Source of the DNA: a virus
Taxonomy: Duplodnaviria; Caudoviricetes
Reading direction: 5' to 3' (one strand)
Virus record (IMG/VR): IMGVR_UViG_3300034106_004043
DNA: 64,000 nt
Shown piece by piece: positions 18,615 to 26,198 of the stretch; positions within the stretch are counted from its first letter, which is position 1; every line of letters begins with the position of its first letter. The position numbers and the translations under genes are program-made. A model generated the notes under the pieces. That model made no database searches and was not told the DNA's origin. It worked only from the letters and a program-made list of their open reading frames with translations.

Positions 18615-18783
18615 CCTTCTTTTTACCTTCTAAAATTTCTCCTCTAAATTGTTGTAATAACGCCTTTAACTCTTGAGCACTTTTTCTAGCTCGAGTTCCA
18701 GCACTTTTATTACCGTTATAGAATTTTCCGGCATCAACAGAAAGTAATTCAGTTAATTCTTTGATTTTTTCTACAGTCTCCAT
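18607..18783 (-). CDS. histone H1-like protein, Bacteroidota Hc1 type (58 aa)
   Basis: Missed by the ORF track. Manual translation METVEKIKELTELLSVDAGKFYNGNKSAGTRARKSAQELKALLQQFRGEILEGKKKDA*. GNKxAGTRARK is the family hallmark. Confidence 0.8.
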   Translation of the reverse strand: METVEKIKELTELLSVDAGKFYNGNKSAGTRARKSAQELKALLQQFRGEILEGKKKDA

Positions 18784-18837
18784 TTAATTAAAAATTAAAA
18801 ATTGTTTATTATAATATCAAGAATAAAGGTTTTTAAA

Positions 18838-19311
18838 TTATTGTAAATTTACTTTGACATTTTTTTCTAATGATTTATACAAAGTAGTTAACAAATCTAA
18901 ATCAGATTTAGTAAAGATTGTATCCATATTAAAAACTTCAGAGAAAAACTTAACTAAAGACATTCTAACCTCAGTAACTTTTTGAGAATAAAAAGTTTCA
19001 TCTAAAAAACTTCTTATAAAAGTTTTGTGTTCACCATCATATTCAAAAAATACACCTTCTTTATTAAAATTTTTAATGGTTTTTTCCCAACACCAATCAA
19101 AGTGTTTTAAATCATCTTCTTCAGTTATTTTAATATTTGTTTCCATAGTTGTTTCATGACCAAGATATGTACTGTAAACCAAATTTACTAAGGATATAAC
19201 AAAATCTTGGAACAACTCCATTTTCAAATAACATATATTATTTGAATCAACCCAAAAATCAAACTCTTCGTCGTCAACGGGTTTAGATATATATAAAAAA
19301 AAATTCTCCAT
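18838..19311 (-). CDS. hypothetical protein (157 aa)
   Basis: ORF track. Confidence 0.7.
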   Translation of the reverse strand: MENFFLYISKPVDDEEFDFWVDSNNICYLKMELFQDFVISLVNLVYSTYLGHETTMETNIKITEEDDLKHFDWCWEKTIKNFNKEGVFFEYDGEHKTFIRSFLDETFYSQKVTEVRMSLVKFFSEVFNMDTIFTKSDLDLLTTLYKSLEKNVKVNLQ

Positions 19312-19355
19312 ATTTCTATAGAGAATTATAAATTAAATTATTATAAAGTAACTAA

Positions 19356-20855
19356 TTATTTTTTGTATTGATACCCAATAAGTTTTTTCATGTTTTCCAT
19401 TTCCTCATTAAGCAACGAACTTTTTTCATTTAAAATTGATTCGTCAACATTATCTAAAACTTTTTGAGCTTTAGCGGCTGATGAACTTTTCTTACTTTTT
19501 AATCCACCCTTTTGAGTTACTTCACCAGCAACCTCAACAGGTTGTGATTGTCTCTTATAAGACGCCTCTAACTGTTCTGCACCATATAAATTATCCTTGT
19601 AGTTCTTATACATCTTTTCACCTAACTTACTTGGAACAACATTACCTAGTGGGTTTCCGTCCTCATCTAATTCAGCGTTACCTGTTAGTTTATTACCTTT
19701 AAGGTACATCTCAATTTTTTTATCATCAGGTTTAATCTCATCAAATACTATATTAGTTTGACCTGGGTATGCAAATGCGTCAACATACTCATCAACATAC
19801 TCAGATGCAGTATAAGCCTTTTTATCCATTTTTGCAAGTTCTCCATTACCTTTTGGGAACATAACAGGATTAGATTTAAACGTATCTTTAGAACCCGCTT
19901 TAACATATTCAGACATCTTTTTAAAAGATTCTTTATTTGCCTTTGAGTTCTGTTCTTTATCTTTTTTAGAAACTCTATCGTATTGAACCAAACCAGCCGG
20001 TTTACCTGTCTTTTTTAAATTATCTTTAACTTTTTCTTCAGTGACAAGTTCTTCAATCATATCAACTAATTCAGATTCAGATAAATCAAGAAAATCACCA
20101 TCAGACATTTTAACTCGATAATTAATAGGTTCTTCATTATCAGAAACAAAATCAACCTCTTGGTCAATTTCTGGATAGTTTCTCATATACTTTTTCTTTA
20201 GTGATTGAACTCTTGGATTTTCATCGTCAGATAGATTAATATCTTCAAATTCATCATGTCCCATACCTAAACCCATACCACCTAAATCTTCATCAAGTTC
20301 AGAGTTATCAGTATAAGTTTTACCACCTAATTTAAATTTACCACCTTTTGGCGTGTCTTTTAATTTTTTAGTAAAAGCGTTACCTTCTTCTACTTCTTCT
20401 TCCATTTTTTGTAATTTTAAAAAATCCGCTTTAGTCAGTTTACCTTTAGGTTCTGCAACATCTAATTTTTTTTGACCACCATGTAGTCTTTCAGTTGTTT
20501 CACTTCTCGCATCTTTAGAACCCATCGCTAATGCCAAATCTTCAAGACCTGCATTATCATCTTCTTTAATTCTTTTTTTCATATTTGCTATTTTTTTTTC
20601 TCCAAAGGCGACATCACCACCTTGTTTATTTCTTTTAAAATGAAACGGTCCATGTGATGAATGTTTACCTCTTCTCATAAACGTATAATCCTCATCCTCA
20701 TCATCAAAACCATAATCAGTACCAACTTCTAAGTCGTACTTATCAACGTCTTCCATTGTTTCAACCTTTTCCTTAATTTTTTTTGTAATTTCTTCAGCCT
20801 TTTCATTTAAACTTTCATTTAAAATTTTACTGAATAATTTTTGGTTTTGGTTCAT
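19356..20855 (-). CDS. acidic, Glu-rich protein; possible prohead core or internal protein
   Basis: Many (L/I)-x-E motifs (ILNES, SLNEK, ILNEK, LLNEE); TATTTAT upstream. Function is inferred. Confidence 0.65.
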   Translation of the reverse strand: MNQNQKLFSKILNESLNEKAEEITKKIKEKVETMEDVDKYDLEVGTDYGFDDEDEDYTFMRRGKHSSHGPFHFKRNKQGGDVAFGEKKIANMKKRIKEDDNAGLEDLALAMGSKDARSETTERLHGGQKKLDVAEPKGKLTKADFLKLQKMEEEVEEGNAFTKKLKDTPKGGKFKLGGKTYTDNSELDEDLGGMGLGMGHDEFEDINLSDDENPRVQSLKKKYMRNYPEIDQEVDFVSDNEEPINYRVKMSDGDFLDLSESELVDMIEELVTEEKVKDNLKKTGKPAGLVQYDRVSKKDKEQNSKANKESFKKMSEYVKAGSKDTFKSNPVMFPKGNGELAKMDKKAYTASEYVDEYVDAFAYPGQTNIVFDEIKPDDKKIEMYLKGNKLTGNAELDEDGNPLGNVVPSKLGEKMYKNYKDNLYGAEQLEASYKRQSQPVEVAGEVTQKGGLKSKKSSSAAKAQKVLDNVDESILNEKSSLLNEEMENMKKLIGYQYKK

Positions 20856-20877
20856 TTTTGTTTTTTATAATAAATAC

Positions 20878-21423
20878 TTATTTTTTTAGATTTTTTAGTA
20901 TTTCTTCATTAATCATTTTAGTAATTGTTGTTTCACTTAAATTATATTCTTTAGATAATTTACCAACAATATTTTCAAATATATCAGTTTCAGAAAGTTT
21001 TAAAGCATTAATATCACCTTGGTTACAGTAAGGGTACTTTTGACATTTCTTTTTAATTTTAACAAACTTTCCACCTTTATATAAAGGTTTTGACGCACCT
21101 CTCCAATCTTTCTTACTTGATGACTTAGCCAAAAATGAAGGTCCTTCATATGAACCAGATGAGCTAGAACCTGTCGCTTCAGTTGCTTCAACTTTTTTAA
21201 TACCATCACAACTACATTCAGATTTAGTTTTATCACAAACATCACAATGTTCTTCTTCTGATAACGGTCCAACAAACGCTCCTACTGAGCCTGAACTAGT
21301 TGCTTCTTTAGTTTCTAATGCTTTTGAATACTTATTCAAATCTTCCGCAGCATCTGCACCTGATTGACCAAGTTGTCCATACTGTTTTCTAATACTATTC
21401 ATTAAAGATTGTCCTAAGTTCAT
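20878..21423 (-). CDS. hypothetical protein (181 aa) with repeated EAT..SS.G.(F/Y).GP motif and Cys clusters
   Basis: KEATSSGSVGAFVGP and TEATGSSSSGSYEGP; CDVC...ECSC and KCQKYPYC. Confidence 0.7.
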   Translation of the reverse strand: MNLGQSLMNSIRKQYGQLGQSGADAAEDLNKYSKALETKEATSSGSVGAFVGPLSEEEHCDVCDKTKSECSCDGIKKVEATEATGSSSSGSYEGPSFLAKSSSKKDWRGASKPLYKGGKFVKIKKKCQKYPYCNQGDINALKLSETDIFENIVGKLSKEYNLSETTITKMINEEILKNLKK

Positions 21424-21426
21424 ATT

Positions 21427-21669
21427 TTATCTTTTTAATCTATCTCCCCAAATATTTCTTGATGTAAATAAATACTCATAAAAATCTTGTAATGATTTGG
21501 TTACAATTAATTTTATATCTTTATTTATACCACCCTTCTTAACTTCAGATGATATAATATCAATAAGTTTAGTTTCAAATTGTTTTAAAGTGTTTGATTC
21601 AAGAAATCCTTTCACTTCTTTTTTAACAATTTTTTCTATTTCGTTTTTTTCAGATTGATTGAAAGCCAT
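21427..21669 (-). CDS. hypothetical protein
   Basis: ORF track 21427..21681; ATG at 21669 preferred. Confidence 0.65.
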   Translation of the reverse strand: MAFNQSEKNEIEKIVKKEVKGFLESNTLKQFETKLIDIISSEVKKGGINKDIKLIVTKSLQDFYEYLFTSRNIWGDRLKR

Positions 21670-21670
21670 T

Positions 21671-22093
21671 TTAAAACGCAAGTATTAATAATAAAAGTGT
21701 TAATCCTCCACCAGCATAGGTTCCGACTTTCCACCATTTAGTTTTATCGTTATTGGTTTTAATCTCATCCTTTAAATCATCAGTCATATCAACATATAAA
21801 CCAATTTGTTTGTCTTTCTCACCAATAATAATTTGATTGTTTTTATCTTTCTCTTCTAAAATTTCAATTTTCTTATCTTTATCACCTTCCCTCTTTTCCA
21901 ATAAAGAAATTTTAGAATATAATTGTTGGTTTTCTTCAATACAACCATCCAACCTAATCAAATCTTTAGCAATCTTTCTAGCAACCTCAGAACTGATAAC
22001 AACCTTAGTAGTGTCTTTACTTACCGTATTTGTCTGTGAAAAAATGTTGAAGGTCATCATTACCGAGATTATCAACAGAAGCAACTTTTTCAT
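21671..22093 (-). CDS. secreted coiled-coil protein with a C-terminal hydrophobic anchor (spanin-like?)
   Basis: Signal peptide MKKLLLLIISVMMTFNIFS|Q, coiled coil, C-terminal GGGLTLLLLILAF. Overlaps the upstream gene by 77 nt. Confidence 0.6.
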   Translation of the reverse strand: MKKLLLLIISVMMTFNIFSQTNTVSKDTTKVVISSEVARKIAKDLIRLDGCIEENQQLYSKISLLEKREGDKDKKIEILEEKDKNNQIIIGEKDKQIGLYVDMTDDLKDEIKTNNDKTKWWKVGTYAGGGLTLLLLILAF

Positions 22094-22361
22094 TTGTTTT
22101 CTTTTTAATTACGTTTATGTTGTTATCAACCAATTGTATTTCTTGGGTTATTTCTAATATATTTGTATCGAGTTCCGCTAATTTATTATCTAATTCTTTA
22201 TTCAAAATTGAGACTGAATCAATCTTTGTTTGGATACTATCAATTGATGTTTGATATTTTTTAACATCAGTTTTAATTTGATTTGTTGTAATAATATTAT
22301 ACACAAACAAACCGATAATAATTAAAAATAAAATTCCAATTATATTATTCTTATTGTTCAT
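22017..22361 (-). CDS. membrane-anchored coiled-coil protein (i-spanin-like?)
   Basis: ATG at 22361 (MNNKNNIIGILFLIIIGLFVY), single N-terminal TM segment followed by heptad repeats. Confidence 0.6.
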   Translation of the reverse strand: MNNKNNIIGILFLIIIGLFVYNIITTNQIKTDVKKYQTSIDSIQTKIDSVSILNKELDNKLAELDTNILEITQEIQLVDNNINVIKKKTNEKVASVDNLGNDDLQHFFTDKYGK

Positions 22362-22956
22362 TTGTCTCAGGTTTTGTTTTCTTTCTACTAGCAAGAACTT
22401 TAGCCCATTTTGACTTAAATTTCTCATAGAAAGTTTGAAGTTTATTAATACCATCTAAAAAGTTTTCATCAACTTTTACCATATCACCTGAAATGTAGAT
22501 ACCATTACTTTCACCTATAGTGAAATAAAAATTTAAATCAAAATCAACAATCTTACCACTCCAATCAACATTACTCTGATAAACATTTAATTGACCAAAA
22601 TTCACCAAATCAGAAACTTCGGAAACAAACTCGTCCATCGTTTCTTGGAAATTTTTCTTATCATCAGTTGTTAATTCAACATCTTGAGTGCTATTACCAT
22701 GTAAAACTAATAATCCACCTGAAATACGATATCCCTGTTCAAATTCACTACTTTTACCATCAGTGTCTTCAATTTCATCTTCAACCGCACCTGGTACATT
22801 ATACCTATCATTAATATTAGGAGTATCTCTAATTGCGTCCTCAACTAAATAAGTTTTCTTTATTTCACTAATGTGTTCAGATATATTAGGATTTTTACTA
22901 TTAATTAAATCTCTAATTATATTAATCTGATTTTTGATGTCTTGGTTATCCTTCAT
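22351..22956 (-). CDS. hypothetical protein (201 aa)
   Basis: ORF track; overlaps both neighbours. Confidence 0.7.
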   Translation of the reverse strand: MKDNQDIKNQINIIRDLINSKNPNISEHISEIKKTYLVEDAIRDTPNINDRYNVPGAVEDEIEDTDGKSSEFEQGYRISGGLLVLHGNSTQDVELTTDDKKNFQETMDEFVSEVSDLVNFGQLNVYQSNVDWSGKIVDFDLNFYFTIGESNGIYISGDMVKVDENFLDGINKLQTFYEKFKSKWAKVLASRKKTKPETNEQ

Positions 22957-23545
22957 TTTCTATATTGTTTTTAAAATATTCATAATTAAAAGATGGGCTT
23001 AAATCAGTAAATCGATTGTTGAAATTACTTTTACAAACAATCCCATTAAACAATTTTACACCCTCAACTTTTGTGTTGTGTCCAATAAATCTATTATCTA
23101 TTGAAAACTTACTCAAAAGTTTTTTTGATAATCCAACAAGAGAATCAATCTGTTCTAATGGGTATGGTTCCCACCAAATCTTATCTCTCCATTTTTTTTC
23201 AAAAATATCTTTACTATAAATATCACCAATCCAATTAGAATATGATATTCCTAAAGGAGTTTTTTTTAACCATCCTAAATTCTCCAAACAAATGACAATA
23301 GAATTTCTATTTATCTCCGTATCAGTAAAAATATTTGAATAAGAATCGTCAGGTATTAGACTTATGATATCACCTTTTTTATTTATAAAATAGTTTGGTA
23401 TTCTATCAAAATTACCATTATTTCGATTCTTTAATGACGTTAGATATTCATTCTGAGGCCTAAAACTATGACAAAGAATTATTTGCTTTTTGTTTTTGTT
23501 TTTTTCAAACTTAGGAAATTTACCATATTTTTTAATATTAAGCAT
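22946..23545 (-). CDS. N-acetylmuramoyl-L-alanine amidase (Amidase_2-like), putative endolysin
   Basis: IILCHS, NYFINKKGDI, NSIVICLEN, PYPLEQIDSL and FIGH follow the T7-lysozyme/AmpD layout. The first Zn-ligand position reads Cys rather than His. Confidence 0.7.
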   Translation of the reverse strand: MLNIKKYGKFPKFEKNKNKKQIILCHSFRPQNEYLTSLKNRNNGNFDRIPNYFINKKGDIISLIPDDSYSNIFTDTEINRNSIVICLENLGWLKKTPLGISYSNWIGDIYSKDIFEKKWRDKIWWEPYPLEQIDSLVGLSKKLLSKFSIDNRFIGHNTKVEGVKLFNGIVCKSNFNNRFTDLSPSFNYEYFKNNIENEG

Positions 23546-24482
23546 CCCTTTTCAAATAGTTTAAAACCTTGTAATCTTGAGTCGATTCGACATTTTCATC
23601 ATTTTTTTTTTCAACCTCTTCAGGTTGTATTTCTTCTTCTTTTTTAAGTAAACCCATATAAACCGTATTGTCATACTGATTTTCCTCAGTAATTGTTTTA
23701 ACTTCTTCTACAGGTTCTTCAACAACGTCTTCAGTTATTACCTCATTGTTCTCATTAATATTTTCTTTAACAATTTCAGTATAACCATTTAAAACTTCTT
23801 CAATCTTACGTAAATCTTCTTCTGATGGTCGATATGGGTCATTTTTAGGTTCCTCTTTAACCGGATAATTATTTTTTAATATTTCCTCTAACTGATTTAG
23901 TTGTTCTTGATTAGGTTCCCATTTTTTAGGTTCCTCAGTTTTTTTCGTTTCATCAAAAACTATTTTAATTTCTTCTCTCACCGGAATAGTTTCAACATCT
24001 TTCTCAATAACTTCTTTGTTCTTTTCAGTGAACTTAACCAACATGTGAGCAAATGTAAGAGAGATGATTGGTAGTAATCCGCCAGTTAGGAATGCTAAAA
24101 CTGTTTTATGACTGTTTAAATCAGTCTTTTCAATACCCATATTTTCAAGTAATCCACCAACCATTGAAATCCAATCTTGGAATGTCTGTGATGTTTCATC
24201 AATGTATGTAAACGAAAAGAATATGTTTCCCAACATTTGAATAAATGTTACGATTAAAAACGGAAAATAAACAAATCTACCCATGTTAACTGATACGGCA
24301 GCTAAGGCAGATAATGCAGCAATTTCAATACCTACTGAAAGATATATAGCCCAAGTAAAAGGATTAGATAAACCATAAAAACTCGTAACGTGTGATATTG
24401 ACACAAACGCTACGAGTAATATTGGAATAACAAAGGCTAAAGAAATTATGTTTGTTAAATTTCTACTAAACCAATTTTTCAT
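23538..24482 (-). CDS. multi-pass membrane protein (about 4 TM) with an acidic cytoplasmic tail
   Basis: Four hydrophobic segments in the first 150 aa, VSISHV...AIYLSVGIEIA block (DUF2637-like), then an E/K-rich tail. Confidence 0.7.
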   Translation of the reverse strand: MKNWFSRNLTNIISLAFVIPILLVAFVSISHVTSFYGLSNPFTWAIYLSVGIEIAALSALAAVSVNMGRFVYFPFLIVTFIQMLGNIFFSFTYIDETSQTFQDWISMVGGLLENMGIEKTDLNSHKTVLAFLTGGLLPIISLTFAHMLVKFTEKNKEVIEKDVETIPVREEIKIVFDETKKTEEPKKWEPNQEQLNQLEEILKNNYPVKEEPKNDPYRPSEEDLRKIEEVLNGYTEIVKENINENNEVITEDVVEEPVEEVKTITEENQYDNTVYMGLLKKEEEIQPEEVEKKNDENVESTQDYKVLNYLKRDA

Positions 24483-24757
24483 TGTCCCAACTCATTCTTG
24501 TAATGGTTTATGGGCATATGGTTCTTATCCGACAATTCTTCAATTTCTAAAGTCTTCCAACTTGGAGTTTCTTTAATGATAGTAATTAGTTTATCCTGAG
24601 ATACTACGATAGTACTTAAAGAGTCAACTTTCTTTGTTAATAACTCAATCTGTTTTTCAGTCGTTTTGACTTGGGTTGAGGTTCCACATCCTTTAAAGAA
24701 GGATAATAATACGATTACCAAAATCGCGGGGATAAAGTATTTCTGTAATTTTTCCAT
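24479..24757 (-). CDS. possible lipoprotein (92 aa)
   Basis: Hydrophobic leader ending FKGC (imperfect lipobox), short coiled coil; TATTTAT upstream. Confidence 0.55.
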   Translation of the reverse strand: MEKLQKYFIPAILVIVLLSFFKGCGTSTQVKTTEKQIELLTKKVDSLSTIVVSQDKLITIIKETPSWKTLEIEELSDKNHMPINHYKNELGQ

Positions 24758-24807
24758 AATGTTTTTTTATCTAATTTAAAATTAAATTTATAACAATAAA
24801 TAGTTGA

Positions 24808-25608
24808 TTACATATAATCAAACAAGGTAACACTTTCATTTCGTAACTTACGAAGAGCTTTTTCTTTAATTTGTCTTACTCTTTCCTTAGTTAAACTGAA
24901 ATCTGAACCAATATCTTCAAGTGTTCTTGGGGTTCCTGAGATACCATAATAGTCTTCAATAATCTGTCTTTCACGTTCATCCAAAATATTCATAATACTG
25001 AATAATCCGTCTTTAAGTTGTTCCCCATTATTGAATATCTCATCAGGCATATCACTGTCTTTGTTCACAATCAAATCAATCAATGTATCACCATCCTCAT
25101 TAATCTGAGTTTGTAGGTTAATCGTTGATGGTAGGTTAGCAAATCGGTCATCAATTCTCTCACCTGTCTTGTCTGTACGTTTCTTTTCTTTATATAAATC
25201 TTGGATAACATTCACAGGGATACGGATTGTTCTTGAGTGTTCATTCAAAGACTGTAGAATAGATTGTCTAATCCACCACACTGCATATGATATAAAACGA
25301 AGGTTCTTTGTCCAATCAAAACTCTGAATTGCCTTCATAAGCCCTATATTCCCTTCCGCAACTAAATCACTAAAATCAACACCTTGTCCCTGATACTGTT
25401 TAGCGACAGTAATGACAAATCGTAGGTTACCCTCTAACAATTCTTTACAGATGCCAGCCTTTTCACTATCAGGTGTCTCTGGGTTTTGCATCGTAGCTGA
25501 CAGTTCCCTTTCTCTTTCAGGAGTCATTACCTTAATACGTCTAAGTTCTTTAAGGTAGATTTGTACTTCGTCTTGATTAATCGGGATAACTTGGTTTTTT
25601 TCCATCAT
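24808..25608 (-). CDS. RNA polymerase sigma70-family factor, Bacteroidota RpoD-like (no region 1.1)
   Basis: NLRFVITVAKQYQ, DLVAEGNIGLMKA, RFISYAVWWIRQSILQSL..HSRTIRIP and TLEDIG..F.LTKERVRQIKEKALRKLR. Confidence 0.92.
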   Translation of the reverse strand: MMEKNQVIPINQDEVQIYLKELRRIKVMTPERERELSATMQNPETPDSEKAGICKELLEGNLRFVITVAKQYQGQGVDFSDLVAEGNIGLMKAIQSFDWTKNLRFISYAVWWIRQSILQSLNEHSRTIRIPVNVIQDLYKEKKRTDKTGERIDDRFANLPSTINLQTQINEDGDTLIDLIVNKDSDMPDEIFNNGEQLKDGLFSIMNILDERERQIIEDYYGISGTPRTLEDIGSDFSLTKERVRQIKEKALRKLRNESVTLFDYM

Positions 25609-26159
25609 ATTATTTGTTTTGAGTAAATTTCTAATTGTTTTAATTGAATTTCTGACAAACTATCTATACCTTTTTCTTTTATCTTATCCAATAAATCATT
25701 AAGTGTCATAACTGGTACATCTTGAATAACTTCTTCATTAAGAATTTTAAGAATATCATCAAAAGGACTACCCCTGTGAATATGTATACCCTTTAAAAAT
25801 TCAGGAACTCCTGTATTATCACTTACGTATCTAGTCTGATTTAATTCTTCTTTTTCTGTCAAAATGTCAGTGTTTTCAAACAAATGTTTTTTAATATCTT
25901 CGTCCATAGAATATATCATGTCAGATTCAATAGGGAAAACAAAATACATTGCCGTTAATTTAACAATATTTTTTTTCATATAGTCGTCTATATCTTCCCA
26001 ATCCAACTTCGTGCCAAATGTTATTATGACACCACTGTCTCCATGTTGGAATTTTATCTCACCTTTTGATATTTGTGATACCGTTTCAGTTAAAAGGTTT
26101 AAAGCCTGTGGGTTTTCTTTATATTCCCCGAATGCAAATAATATATAATTCATAATCAT
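25605..26159 (-). CDS. hypothetical protein
   Basis: ORF track 25605..26180; ATG at 26159 preferred because it follows TATCTTTG. The C-terminal LNDLLDKIKEKGIDSLS..E..LE resembles DUF6576-type tails. Confidence 0.65.
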   Translation of the reverse strand: MIMNYILFAFGEYKENPQALNLLTETVSQISKGEIKFQHGDSGVIITFGTKLDWEDIDDYMKKNIVKLTAMYFVFPIESDMIYSMDEDIKKHLFENTDILTEKEELNQTRYVSDNTGVPEFLKGIHIHRGSPFDDILKILNEEVIQDVPVMTLNDLLDKIKEKGIDSLSEIQLKQLEIYSKQII

Positions 26160-26166
26160 AGTCTTA

Positions 26167-26174
26167 CAAAGATA
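26167..26174 (-). promoter_or_regulatory. Bacteroidota -7 promoter element TATCTTTG
   Basis: Exact match 7 nt upstream of the ATG at 26159. Confidence 0.55.
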
Positions 26175-26198
26175 ATACAATTTTTTAATTTACCAAAC

